A DNA stretch of 64,000 nucleotides from Candidatus Enterousia sp. (GTDB lineage: Bacteria; Pseudomonadota; Alphaproteobacteria; Rs-D84). Below, one piece after another: positions 19,554 to 29,444 of the stretch (its first letter is position 1; every line of letters starts with the position of its first letter). A model generated the notes under the pieces. It did no database searches. It was not told the DNA's origin and was given only the letters and a program-made list of their open reading frames with translations. Location: the NCBI GenBank assembly GCA_045593065.1, contig JAZNVZ010000003.1:14248-78247 (forward strand), read 5' to 3'. The translations under genes and the position numbers were made by a program.

Positions 19554-20678
19554 ATGAATAAAAATCCGTATGAAGTTTTGGGTGTGGCGCGCGATGCCAC
19601 GGATGCTGATATTAAAAAAGCGTATCATAAACTGGTTATGAAATATCACCCAGATAAAAATCCTGGGGATAAATCCGCAGAAGAAAAATTCAAAGAGGTT
19701 AATAACGCATTCGATATATTAAAAGACCCACAAAAACGCGCCGCGTATGACCGATTTGGTGATGCAGCATTTGCTGGTGGAAATGGTGCGTCTGGGGGTG
19801 CAGGAAATCCATTTGGTGCGGGTTTTGGCGGTTTTGCTGGTGGCGCAGGGATGGATGATATATTGCGCGAGGCAATGCGTGGTTTTGGTTTTGACGGTTT
19901 TGGCGGATTTGGTGGCGCGCGCGGTGCCGCACAACAGCGCGGGCGTGATTTGTTGGATAATGTGACAATATCGTTGCGGGATGCGTATTTTGGCACAACA
20001 CATACTGTTAAATTTTCTGGTAATGTCGTATGTGATAAATGTGGTGGTAATGGTACAGATGACGGTAAACCGGCACCGATTTGTCCGCGATGTGGCGGCA
20101 GTGGTATGGTTCAAACCCGCCAAGGATTTTTTGCTGTTGAACATCCGTGTCCAGAATGCAATGGGTTGGGGCGCAAGATTTCCAAAAAATGTTCTAAATG
20201 TGATGGTACGGGCACTGTGCATAAACAACGCACATTAGAAGTAAAAATCCCAGCAGGGGTCGCCGATGGTACGCGTTTGCGTCTGGGCGGTCAGGGCGAG
20301 GCCGGTCAAAACGGTGCGGATGCAGGTGATTTTTATATTGATATTCATGTTGCAGATGATGATAAATTTGAACGCGTTGGCAATGATTTGATTTTAAAGG
20401 CCGATGTGCCGTTCACGACACTTGCGTTGGGGGGTGAAATTGAAATCGAAACCTTGGACGATAAAAAATTGTCTGTTAAAATCCCGGCGGGTACACAAAT
20501 TGGTTCGCGTCTGCGCGTGCGTGGGCATGGTATGCCAAATCCGCATCGCAGTGGTTCGTTTGGTGATTTGTTCGTTGAAATTACCATGACCGTGCCAAAT
20601 AAATTAACCGAAAAACAAAAGAAGGCATTGGCGGAATTTGCTGGCGCAAAACCTGGTAAAAAATCCGGGTGGTTTTAG
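19554..20678 (+). CDS. dnaJ: molecular chaperone DnaJ
   Basis: J-domain with HPD (KYHPDKNP), a Gly-rich linker, and four CxxCxGxG zinc-finger repeats. Confidence 0.9.
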   Translation: MNKNPYEVLGVARDATDADIKKAYHKLVMKYHPDKNPGDKSAEEKFKEVNNAFDILKDPQKRAAYDRFGDAAFAGGNGASGGAGNPFGAGFGGFAGGAGMDDILREAMRGFGFDGFGGFGGARGAAQQRGRDLLDNVTISLRDAYFGTTHTVKFSGNVVCDKCGGNGTDDGKPAPICPRCGGSGMVQTRQGFFAVEHPCPECNGLGRKISKKCSKCDGTGTVHKQRTLEVKIPAGVADGTRLRLGGQGEAGQNGADAGDFYIDIHVADDDKFERVGNDLILKADVPFTTLALGGEIEIETLDDKKLSVKIPAGTQIGSRLRVRGHGMPNPHRSGSFGDLFVEITMTVPNKLTEKQKKALAEFAGAKPGKKSGWF

Positions 20679-20696
20679 GTTTTTTTAATTAATGTA

Positions 20697-20727
20697 AAAA
20701 AAATCTCCCAAACGGGAGATTTTTTAA
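20697..20727. terminator. bidirectional intrinsic terminator between dnaJ and pgsA
   Basis: Hairpin atctcccaaacgggagat with flanking A/T runs. Confidence 0.6.
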
Positions 20728-20738
20728 GGTTGTCTTCT

Positions 20739-21338
20739 TTATTTAATCTTTTTTAATTTTTCGGCAAATGTAAATGTGTATTGAATCGCAGATATCCAAG
20801 ATGCAAACAATGATGCCCAAATCAAAATAATACCAGATTGTGATAAGAAATTCATTGTGATTAACCATCTGCGCGAAACCGTGTCTGGGTTAACAAATGC
20901 GCTGATTGCGAATAATGCCAAGAACACAATGATTGTTAACATTTGCAATGTGGTTTTAATTTTGCCTAATGAAAAACGCGCCTTGGGTACAGGCATTTCC
21001 ATTTTCTGGGTGCCCAAGAATTCGCGCAGGCCACTGACATACAATTCACGCGCAATCATCAAGATTACAGGAATCACAATGAACCAGAAACGCAACATCA
21101 ATGCCAACATAATTAATGTGTTTACAACCAATAATTTGTCGCCAATGTGATCCAGCACACCGCCCAGTTTAGAACATACATTGAATTTGCGTGCCAAAAA
21201 ACCGTCCATCCAATCACTGATAGCACCGGCGGCGAACAAAGCCAAAGACAGCCAATACATTTGCATCATCAATGTCGGTATAATCGCAAAGGCAACGCAA
21301 ATGCGGAAAATTGATAACAGGTTTACGAAAAATTTCAT
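20739..21338 (-). CDS. pgsA: CDP-diacylglycerol--glycerol-3-phosphate 3-phosphatidyltransferase (CDP-alcohol phosphatidyltransferase family)
   Basis: The CDP-OH P-transferase motif D.MDGFLAR...G..LD...DK is present in a 199 aa membrane protein. Confidence 0.8.
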   Translation of the reverse strand: MKFFVNLLSIFRICVAFAIIPTLMMQMYWLSLALFAAGAISDWMDGFLARKFNVCSKLGGVLDHIGDKLLVVNTLIMLALMLRFWFIVIPVILMIARELYVSGLREFLGTQKMEMPVPKARFSLGKIKTTLQMLTIIVFLALFAISAFVNPDTVSRRWLITMNFLSQSGIILIWASLFASWISAIQYTFTFAEKLKKIK

Positions 21339-21374
21339 ATTAAATCTCCTTTCTGTTTTATATGAACATTAACA

Positions 21375-22799
21375 TTATAACAACTCTGAATGAAAATGTG
21401 CAAAGATTTTTTTTGCCGCCGCACCACCCAACATTGGAACCCGTTCCAGTTGTTCTAATGTTGCGTCCATAATGTTGCGTACAGAACCAAAATGACGAAT
21501 CAGTGCGCGTTTTTTTACAGGGCCAATGCCATCAATTTCATCCAGTACAGATACAGTCATTTGTTTTGCACGTGTTTCACGGTGATATGTTATTACAAAC
21601 CTGTGCGCTTCATCCCGGACGGCACGCAACATCAAAAATAATGGGGAATCTTTTGGTAAATCAGTATAAATTGAACCGTCTGGTAAAATAAAGTGTTCAT
21701 CACCATTGCGGACCTCGCCCTTGGTAACACCAAATACAGGAATGTTAGGCGCGGTTTTATGGGCGATGTTCCATTGCGCCATGCCCCCATCAACAATTAT
21801 TAAATCCAATTTTGGACCATGCGCGACTGCGCGTGATACGAATTCAGCCATCATACCAATATCGTTGCTGGCGTTGCTGCGATTTTGTAATTTAAAATGT
21901 CTGTAATCAGTTTTTGAAAAACCATCGTGGCCAAAACAAATCATCGCGCCAACAGAATTCTTGCCAAACAAATGTGAATTATCAAATACGCCTGCGCGTT
22001 CAATTTTTATGTTTAATAATTTTTCCAGTGCAGAAACATTTTTGTCCCAATCCATATTTTTTTCGTGGGTTGTGCGTGAACGTTTGCCACGGTTTGCTGT
22101 TTGTGTTAATGCAATTATTTTATCGCGTATTATTGCCGCAGTTTCAAAATCCATGCTGTCTGCATATTTTTTCATGTCATTCGATAAATCTTGAATAATT
22201 GGTTCGCTGTCCCCAGTAAGAATCCGCCGTGCCAACGCAACATTTTGTTGATAATCTGGAACAGGATAACAACACGGTGCGCTGCATCGGCCAATTTGAT
22301 ACATCAGGCAGGGACGCGTACGATTTTTCATAAATGTGTCAGTACATGTGCGCAGGCGGCATACCTTTTGAATCATTTTGATTGTATCATTTAATGCAGA
22401 TACTGATGGATATGGCCCAAACACATCGCGGCGTTGTGAAATCTTGCCGCGAAATTTTAACAGTCGTGGAAATTCGTGTGCGGTCAATGCCAACATAGGA
22501 TACATTTTGTCATCCATCAGCATGATGTTATATTTGGGTTTCAATGTTTTAATCAATTCTTGTTCGCGAATAAGGGCATCGGCCTCGGTCGCACAAATGT
22601 CCCATTCAACCCGGGTGACCAATGTACGCATAATCTGTTTATGTGGTTCCAGTTTGGAAATGTCCAAATATTGACGCAACCGATTCGACAGATTTTTTGC
22701 CTTGCCGACATACAGCAATGTGTGGTCGCTGGCATACATTCTGTATGTTCCAGGCGCACTGGGGGCATTCGAAATTAAATCTGCAAATTGAATATTCAT
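21375..22799 (-). CDS. uvrC: excinuclease ABC subunit C (compact, 474 aa)
   Basis: All expected domains are present: GIY-YIG N-domain (GTYRMY...LLYVGKAKNLSNR), the UvrB-interacting region, the RNaseH-like endonuclease FDNSH, and a C-terminal (HhH)2. Confidence 0.82.
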   Translation of the reverse strand: MNIQFADLISNAPSAPGTYRMYASDHTLLYVGKAKNLSNRLRQYLDISKLEPHKQIMRTLVTRVEWDICATEADALIREQELIKTLKPKYNIMLMDDKMYPMLALTAHEFPRLLKFRGKISQRRDVFGPYPSVSALNDTIKMIQKVCRLRTCTDTFMKNRTRPCLMYQIGRCSAPCCYPVPDYQQNVALARRILTGDSEPIIQDLSNDMKKYADSMDFETAAIIRDKIIALTQTANRGKRSRTTHEKNMDWDKNVSALEKLLNIKIERAGVFDNSHLFGKNSVGAMICFGHDGFSKTDYRHFKLQNRSNASNDIGMMAEFVSRAVAHGPKLDLIIVDGGMAQWNIAHKTAPNIPVFGVTKGEVRNGDEHFILPDGSIYTDLPKDSPLFLMLRAVRDEAHRFVITYHRETRAKQMTVSVLDEIDGIGPVKKRALIRHFGSVRNIMDATLEQLERVPMLGGAAAKKIFAHFHSELL

Positions 22800-22847
22800 G
22801 ATTTATATGATAGAATATAAATTGTAAAAAGCAAATAGAGGTGAAAA

Positions 22848-23285
22848 ATGAGACAAGAATCAGGTCGTTCTATGGTTGAAATGTTGGGCGTGTTGGCAAT
22901 TATGGGTATTATTACCGTTGGCGCAATCAGTATGATTTCGTATGCTATGCGTATGCAAAAACACAGCAGGGTCAGCGATGATGTGTATCAAATCGTTCTG
23001 GGGGTGCGGCAAATGTTGGGCGAACATGACGATTTTACCAGAATTGATAATTCTACAATCTTTACTGCGTTGGCAATGTCAAACAGAAATCCATACGGTG
23101 GAAAATATACAGTTGGTGTAAACCCTGTGAATTCGCGTCAATTCGTTGTAAAAATTGACGGGTTGACAGACAGTGATTGCAAGGCATTGGTAACCAAGGC
23201 GTGGACAGATTCTGTTGATGGTGCCACGGGAAATTGTGTTAGTATGGGCAAAGATAATGTTGTATCTATTGTTTATGGGGAATAA
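22848..23285 (+). CDS. type IV pilin (class III signal G|RSMVE, C-terminal disulfide loop)
   Basis: MRQESG|RSMVEMLGVLAIMGIITVGAISM has Gly at -1 and Glu at +5 followed by a hydrophobic helix. The 145 aa protein has two C-terminal Cys residues (DCKALV...GNC). RBS gaggtga. Confidence 0.68.
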   Translation: MRQESGRSMVEMLGVLAIMGIITVGAISMISYAMRMQKHSRVSDDVYQIVLGVRQMLGEHDDFTRIDNSTIFTALAMSNRNPYGGKYTVGVNPVNSRQFVVKIDGLTDSDCKALVTKAWTDSVDGATGNCVSMGKDNVVSIVYGE

Positions 23286-23294
23286 TTTTATCGT

Positions 23295-24269
23295 ATGGCA
23301 GATGTTATAACGGTTTCTTTGGTCGAAGATGGAACAAAACTGATGCGCTGGTTTATGCGTAAATTTCCAGCGATGCCTAATCGGGATTTTTTTAAGTTAT
23401 GTCGTGGTGGACAAATTCGTGTGAATTCTGCGCGCGTGGATGCAAATCGCGTTCTGCGCGCAGGTGATGCGGTGCGTATTCCGCCAACCATCGCAATGTA
23501 TGCAAAACGCGAAAATGTTAAAAAAACAGAAAGTGGCGAGGCATTCTCTATGTCTGATTTAGAGGCCTTGCGCAAGACAATTATTTATAACGATGACGAT
23601 ATTGTCGTGTTTAATAAACCTGCGGGCTTGGCGGTGCAGGGTGGTACAGGTATTAGAAAATCTGTCGACAAAATGGCGGCGGCGTTATTTCCATACGAAA
23701 AAATATCTTTGGTTCATCGTTTAGATAGGGACACCAGTGGTTTGTTGGTTGTGGCTAAAAATCAAAAGGCCGCCCAGGTTTTGGCAAACGCGTTTCAATC
23801 TAAAACCGCACACAAAGAATATTTGGCTTTGTTAAATGGCACGGTGTCGCCAAAGTACGGCACGATTGATAATTACATCGTCAAAGGTCAGGTATTTGAC
23901 AGCCCTGAACGCATAAATGGTGGAACAGGTCAGCGTCCCCAGCGTGCAATTACAGAATACCAGGTTTTGTCGGATGCGGGTATTGTGTCTTGGGTTTTGT
24001 TTTCGCCCAAGACCGGTCGTACGCATCAATTAAGAATTCACAGTGCGTTCAGTTTGGGTGCGCCAATTATTGGGGATGATTTATATGGTACCGACAAAAA
24101 AATAGACGATGGTTTGTCCGCAATGTTGGCGACCAATAAATTATTTTTGTTTGCATACAGGATAACATTCCATCACCCACGCACAAATAAATTGATAACA
24201 TTAAAAGCGCCAGTTCCAGATTTTATGAAATCTGTGATGAATTTGTTAGAGTTTCAATTACCGGAATAA
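23295..24269 (+). CDS. rluC: RluA-family 23S rRNA pseudouridine synthase (RluC/RluD-like)
   Basis: N-terminal S4 domain followed by the catalytic motif HRLDRDTSGLLVVAK. Confidence 0.82.
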   Translation: MADVITVSLVEDGTKLMRWFMRKFPAMPNRDFFKLCRGGQIRVNSARVDANRVLRAGDAVRIPPTIAMYAKRENVKKTESGEAFSMSDLEALRKTIIYNDDDIVVFNKPAGLAVQGGTGIRKSVDKMAAALFPYEKISLVHRLDRDTSGLLVVAKNQKAAQVLANAFQSKTAHKEYLALLNGTVSPKYGTIDNYIVKGQVFDSPERINGGTGQRPQRAITEYQVLSDAGIVSWVLFSPKTGRTHQLRIHSAFSLGAPIIGDDLYGTDKKIDDGLSAMLATNKLFLFAYRITFHHPRTNKLITLKAPVPDFMKSVMNLLEFQLPE

Positions 24270-24273
24270 AATC

Positions 24274-26325
24274 ATGACCAGACGTAGAAGAATAAAATTT
24301 TTGTTGCGTGTGATATTCCTGTTCTTTGTTGGATTGGCGGTGGCTGTGATTATCGCTTTGTCCCAGGTTAATTTAGAAAGTTTGCGCGGAAATGTGTTGT
24401 CTGTTTTGCAAAATGCAACAGGGTATCCTGTGCAAATAGATGGTATTGTTTCTTGGAAATTTTCTTTGCGTCCGCGTATTGAATTGAACCAAGTGCGTGT
24501 CGCAAATGCCGAATGGGCAACAGAAAAATACGGGTTCGCTGCAGAGCGTATGGATGTTACATTAGATTTAATATCGTTGTTGCGAAATCGTCCCACAATC
24601 CGCAGTGTTAAATTGTATGATACGGCTATACGCATAGAAACCAATAAAAATGGCGAATCTTCGTTGCAGCCAATTAAACCAGATACAGAAAAACCGGTCG
24701 ATACAGAAATTGCAAAATTTCCTGTGCATAATATTCCGTTTGGAAGCATTGAATTTAAAAATTTATTGGTGGTTGATGGCCCAGATAAAATCTTTATATC
24801 TGGTTTGCAGTTGCGATATTTACATTTGAAACATCAACGCAAATTTCATGGATGGGTAAAGCCCCGTCATGATGTATACCCGTTTATTGTTGTGTTTGAT
24901 GAATATAATCCTGATAAAAATTTGTATCCGGTCAAGGTCGCACTGTCCACAGGTGGCGATGCGTTGATTGCGGATGTTGCATTGGATGCGCACAGCAAAA
25001 TTCCAACAGATTTTGTCGTCAAAGGCGATATCGTAGATTTAACTGCAATACGCGATTTATTCAAAATCGATTTAACAGGGTTGCCTAAAATTACAGTGGA
25101 TATTGTGGGCGGATTCCAAGACCCGGATATTGTGGTAATTCGTAAATCGTCTGTTAAAATGCGCGATACAATCATAAATTTGTCCGGGACATATGATTGG
25201 GGAAAATCTGTGCCGCAAATAAACGCAAAAATTTCTTCGAATAATTTAAATTTGTTAAAATTGGTGCCTGAAATGTATTCTGGATGGGTGCGTCCAAATC
25301 GTGAATTAAATGTGTTCCATGATATAAATTTACACGGCGCAGATATTAAAAATTTTGATTTAGATGTCGATATAAATTTAAAGCATTTTATCGTATATCG
25401 TGATATGGATTTGAAAAATACATCTGTGCATTTGGTATACCAAGACGGTTTGGGGCGCGTTGATGCAGATGTTGGAATTGCTGGTGGTAATATGCAAGTA
25501 GGTGGTGATTTTACCATTGATGACACTGGACGCATATTTGTAAAGGCGGGTATATATGCACATAATTTAACAATCGGCAAATTAATGGACGAAATTAGAA
25601 TACATAATTTTATTGTCGGTTTGCCAATGGATATTTATGGATATATAGAAATGGATGGGCGAAATATGTCTGAATGGATGCAAACAATTACTGGGCCGAT
25701 TGTTGCATATTCTGTGGACAAGGGTTATGCTTATCCAAAACTGGTTGAAAATATTTATGGGGCAGATGTATTAACATCTTTGCGTCATAATATTCAAGAT
25801 TTGTTTAGCGAAGATAAAAAACACGACAAGGCAAAAATTTCTGGCGCGGTGGCAAATTTGAAATTGCGCAACGGTGATATACAAACCAGAAATGGCGTTG
25901 CGATTGAAACCAGTTCTATTAATGCCAGATTGGCTGGCAATTTGAATCTGGGAGCTGAAACGATAGATTTGGCATTAACAACTGTGCCGGTGCGTGGATT
26001 AAAAATATCTTTGACTGGCAATGTTGTGAACACTGTTGAAATTGTCGGTAATTTGGCAGAACCTGATATAAAAATAAATGGTGCGGCATTAACAGGCAAG
26101 GTTGTGTCGGCCACTGGGCTGGGGTTGTTGTTGTCGCCGTTTACTGGCGGAATGAGTTTTGTTGCCGGATTATTAGCAGGCGGATTGTTGGAAAATTGGT
26201 TGGCAGACAGCGAACCTTGTAAAACTGCACTAAAAAAAGGTGCGCCTGTTCAAGATGATGACCCTGAATGGATGGAAATGCCAGTTCAAGATTTGGCAAA
26301 CAAAATGATACGGTCTAAGGAGTAA
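24274..26325 (+). CDS. AsmA-family outer-membrane assembly protein
   Basis: 683 aa protein with an N-terminal TM anchor and a long beta-rich body typical of AsmA. Confidence 0.7.
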   Translation: MTRRRRIKFLLRVIFLFFVGLAVAVIIALSQVNLESLRGNVLSVLQNATGYPVQIDGIVSWKFSLRPRIELNQVRVANAEWATEKYGFAAERMDVTLDLISLLRNRPTIRSVKLYDTAIRIETNKNGESSLQPIKPDTEKPVDTEIAKFPVHNIPFGSIEFKNLLVVDGPDKIFISGLQLRYLHLKHQRKFHGWVKPRHDVYPFIVVFDEYNPDKNLYPVKVALSTGGDALIADVALDAHSKIPTDFVVKGDIVDLTAIRDLFKIDLTGLPKITVDIVGGFQDPDIVVIRKSSVKMRDTIINLSGTYDWGKSVPQINAKISSNNLNLLKLVPEMYSGWVRPNRELNVFHDINLHGADIKNFDLDVDINLKHFIVYRDMDLKNTSVHLVYQDGLGRVDADVGIAGGNMQVGGDFTIDDTGRIFVKAGIYAHNLTIGKLMDEIRIHNFIVGLPMDIYGYIEMDGRNMSEWMQTITGPIVAYSVDKGYAYPKLVENIYGADVLTSLRHNIQDLFSEDKKHDKAKISGAVANLKLRNGDIQTRNGVAIETSSINARLAGNLNLGAETIDLALTTVPVRGLKISLTGNVVNTVEIVGNLAEPDIKINGAALTGKVVSATGLGLLLSPFTGGMSFVAGLLAGGLLENWLADSEPCKTALKKGAPVQDDDPEWMEMPVQDLANKMIRSKE

Positions 26326-26329
26326 AACA

Positions 26330-27097
26330 ATGATGGCTCATATTGCGGACATTATTCAATTAATAATTATTGTCGCATTAATATGGTATTTTTATAAACG
26401 ATTAATACAAAATACTGCATCTGAAAAATTGGTGCGTGGTATGTTGGGGTTGGTGTTGTTATGGGTGTCCAGTTTTGTGTGTGCAGCAGTTAAATTGAAT
26501 TTGTTGGGTGGTTTTTTGCATTGGGTTGCATTGTTCTTGTCGCTGAGTTTAATCGTTGTGTTTCAACCAGAATTGCGTAAATTTGTTGCGCTGATGGGAA
26601 ATATCCAAGGTTGGCGGCGTTTGTTGTTTGGACGCGGACATGGTGTGCCAAAACGCGATACATCATCGTTGGATGCGATCGTCAGTGCGGTTGAATATAT
26701 GTCATCAAAACATACAGGTGCATTGATTGTATTCCCGTCCACACTAGACGAATCATTAATAGAACGCAAAGGTGTCGCGGTGGACGCAAAAATTACCAAT
26801 GAATTATTGTTAACAATATTCTTTAATAAAACACCGTTGCACGATGGGGCGGTAATCATAGAAAATAATCGTATCGCGTATGCTGGGGCAATTTTGCCGT
26901 TGTCGCAAAATAATTTAAATTGGAAATACGGAACCCGTCATCGCGCAGCATTGGGGTTGACCGATGTGTCGTCTGCGACTGTTTTGGTGGTCAGTGAAGA
27001 AAGCGGCGACATATCAATCGCAGAAAAAGGCAAAATAACCAAATACGATGATTTGAAAAAATTGCGTTCAAAACTGGAAAAGGTTATGAAATTATAG
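26330..27097 (+). CDS. cdaA: diadenylate cyclase CdaA (DisA_N / DAC domain)
   Basis: Three N-terminal TM helices, then VVFQPELRKF...GALIVF...TPLHDGAVII...RHRAALGLT...SEESG, which reads as the canonical DAC domain. Confidence 0.85.
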   Translation: MMAHIADIIQLIIIVALIWYFYKRLIQNTASEKLVRGMLGLVLLWVSSFVCAAVKLNLLGGFLHWVALFLSLSLIVVFQPELRKFVALMGNIQGWRRLLFGRGHGVPKRDTSSLDAIVSAVEYMSSKHTGALIVFPSTLDESLIERKGVAVDAKITNELLLTIFFNKTPLHDGAVIIENNRIAYAGAILPLSQNNLNWKYGTRHRAALGLTDVSSATVLVVSEESGDISIAEKGKITKYDDLKKLRSKLEKVMKL

Positions 27098-27253
27098 TTT
27101 TTTTGTATGATTTTATACCGTCAATCGTGGGATTGGCGGTATTTTTTTGTTGTGTGTGTTTTGGTCTTGCACCGAATCGGTGTTTTTTGATAAAATGCCA
27201 GATAGAATGTAGGAATAACAAAAAACAAGAAAAGAAAAGTTAGGAGTTTTGTT

Positions 27254-28372
27254 ATGGAATTTTCTGTGTTTCGTCAGGTTTTAATCCGCGCGTTGGGGCA
27301 TATGCAATCTATTGTTGAAAAACGTGCAACATTGCCAATATTGATGAATGTTAAATTAGAAGTGGCGGACGATTTGATTTTGTCTGCGACCAATGTGGAT
27401 TTAGAATTGGTTGAACATGTGGCGGCGGATATAACATTGGCGGGCAAAACGACTGTACCGGTTCAAATGTTGTACGACATTGTTCGTAAATTGCCAGACG
27501 ATGCGGAAATTTCTTTTAAACAGGTGGGCGACAAATTGGTCGTGTCCAGTGGTCGCGCCGTATTTCAATTACCAACATTGCCGGCGGAAAATTTCCCGGC
27601 CATGGCGGGCAGCAATTTAACCACAAAATTCCAGATGACAACTGGCGATTTGGCGCATTTGATAAATCAAACAAAATTCGCAATTCCCACAGACGATGTT
27701 CGTTATCATTTGGGCGGTATTTATTTCCATATCGCAGACGAGGGTAAAACAAAAATGTTGACGGCGGTTGCCACTGATGCCCAGCGTTTGGCATTGTGTG
27801 CAATGGCGGCACCTGTGGACAGTGTCGAAATGCCGGCGGTAATTTTGCCACGCCGTGTGATTGGCGAATTGTCTAAATTACTCGAAGACGCCAATGTTGA
27901 CGATGTGTCTATTGAATTATCTGATACCAAGGCGCGTTTTACCATTGGTACCGCAATTTTGACCAGTAAATTGGTTGATGCACAATACCCAAATTATCGC
28001 GTTGTTATCCCAAAGGGCAACGACAGAATCGCCATTATGGACAGGAAACAATTTATCAATGCGGTTGATTTGGTGTCGGTTGCATCTATGGATAAAACAA
28101 AATCTGTACAGTTGACTTTCTCGACAAATAAATTGGTTATTAATGCGTCCAGTCCTGATGCTGGTACTGCAACCCAGGAATTAGATATCGAATACAATGG
28201 CGATAATTCGTTTACGGTTGTGTTTAATGTGAAATTCTTGCTGGATGTCGCGGGCCAGGTCGAAGGCGATAAATTCCAAATGGAAATGCAAGATGCGTTA
28301 TCGCCAACAACGATTAAATCCACAGACAAAAAGACGGATGCGTTGTTTGTGTTGATGCCAATGCGCATGTAA
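27254..28372 (+). CDS. dnaN: DNA polymerase III beta sliding clamp
   Basis: 372 aa protein with a three-domain beta-clamp pattern and a typical N-terminus. Confidence 0.9.
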   Translation: MEFSVFRQVLIRALGHMQSIVEKRATLPILMNVKLEVADDLILSATNVDLELVEHVAADITLAGKTTVPVQMLYDIVRKLPDDAEISFKQVGDKLVVSSGRAVFQLPTLPAENFPAMAGSNLTTKFQMTTGDLAHLINQTKFAIPTDDVRYHLGGIYFHIADEGKTKMLTAVATDAQRLALCAMAAPVDSVEMPAVILPRRVIGELSKLLEDANVDDVSIELSDTKARFTIGTAILTSKLVDAQYPNYRVVIPKGNDRIAIMDRKQFINAVDLVSVASMDKTKSVQLTFSTNKLVINASSPDAGTATQELDIEYNGDNSFTVVFNVKFLLDVAGQVEGDKFQMEMQDALSPTTIKSTDKKTDALFVLMPMRM

Positions 28373-28385
28373 AAAAAACTGAAAC

Positions 28386-28665
28386 AAAAATATAATGGGT
28401 ATCTGCTTGTTGGCGGCTCGTTTATGTAACATTTGTACACCGCACTCGCCGCCAACTGCGCATCTACTCCATTATATTTTTGTTTGTTGAATTGGCTGGG
28501 TATCTGCTTGATTCCGGTTCGCTCATGTAGCGTTTGTACACTACGCTCGCCGGAATCTGTGCATCTACCGCATTATATTTTTGTTTGTTGGATTGGCTGG
28601 GTATCTGCTTGTTGGCGGCTCGTTCATGTAGCGTTTGTACACTGCGCTCGCCGGAATCTGCGCAT
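28386..28665. repeat. three tandem copies (third truncated) of an approximately 100-bp palindromic extragenic element (REP/RPE-like, family A)
   Basis: The unit is aaaaatataatgggtatctgcttg-[arm]-...atgta.c.tttgtacac...-[arm']-ctg.gcatctac..cattatatttttgtttgtt.gattggct. The arms are inverted repeats (ttggcggc/gccgccaa in copy 1; attccgg/ccggaat in copy 2). A fourth copy lies at about 33705-33795. Confidence 0.8.
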
Positions 28666-28823
28666 GTTCTTGTCATGCCGCCGCAGGGCGGGGCCCAGTT
28701 GGACAAAATTCTGTAATGGCCGGGGCACGCATTGCATGCGATTGATGCAATAATTAAAATATCTTGCTTTTTTGTTCGGGAATTTTATAATTTGTCAGTA
28801 AATTTTAACCAAAGGATTGAAAA

Positions 28824-29393
28824 ATGGCGACATTTATTGCAAATGATATGCGTGTGGGTTGGGTGATTGCTCATAATGGAAAACGTTATTCGGTCACATC
28901 TATTACCAAGGTTAAACCAGGCAAGGGCGGTGCATTCGTCCAGGCCGATTTGCGTGATATCGATTCTGGAAACAAAGGTGGCGACCGTTGGCGTGCCGAA
29001 GACAAGGTCGAAAAATTGATGGTCGAAGATTTAGAATGCCAATATTTGTATTCTGATGGAACAGATGCATATTTTATGAATTTGTCTGATTATGAACAAT
29101 TTACAATGCCTGTCGATTCGTTGGGCGAACAGATGAAGTTCTTGGCGCCTGAAATGATGGTGCGCGCTAATTTTGTCGAAGGTCATCCTGTGTCAATCAC
29201 TTTGCCGAAAACTGTTGTCGCAACTGTGGTTGAAACAGAGCCCGCATTAAAAGGACAAACCGCAACCGGTTCGGGCGGTAAACCTGCGTTGTTGGATAAT
29301 GGTATTCGTGTCCAGGTGCCTGTGTTTATTGAACAAGATGAAAAAATCGTTGTTAACACAGAAACATTGGAATATGTCGAACGCGCAAAATAA
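28824..29393 (+). CDS. efp: elongation factor P
   Basis: 189 aa protein with the conserved KPGKG loop. Confidence 0.9.
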   Translation: MATFIANDMRVGWVIAHNGKRYSVTSITKVKPGKGGAFVQADLRDIDSGNKGGDRWRAEDKVEKLMVEDLECQYLYSDGTDAYFMNLSDYEQFTMPVDSLGEQMKFLAPEMMVRANFVEGHPVSITLPKTVVATVVETEPALKGQTATGSGGKPALLDNGIRVQVPVFIEQDEKIVVNTETLEYVERAK

Positions 29394-29412
29394 TGTGTTT
29401 TTATTCAATTAA

Positions 29413-29443
29413 AAATGGCGAAAAATTTTTCGCCATTTTTTTT
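29413..29443. terminator. bidirectional terminator between efp and fba
   Basis: Hairpin atggcgaaaaatttttcgccat followed by T8. Confidence 0.6.
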
Positions 29444-29444
29444 A

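Noticed and set aside
19646-20228. Cluster of minus-strand and plus-strand ORFs (19646-20228) inside dnaJ
   Set aside because: They arise from the Gly-rich, GC-rich repeat region of dnaJ. Their translations are Pro/Arg/His-rich junk.
24867-25580. 237-aa minus-strand ORF inside asmA; also 10282-10863 inside the secretin gene and 57336-57896 inside fusA
   Set aside because: These are antisense to confidently assigned genes and have no motifs.
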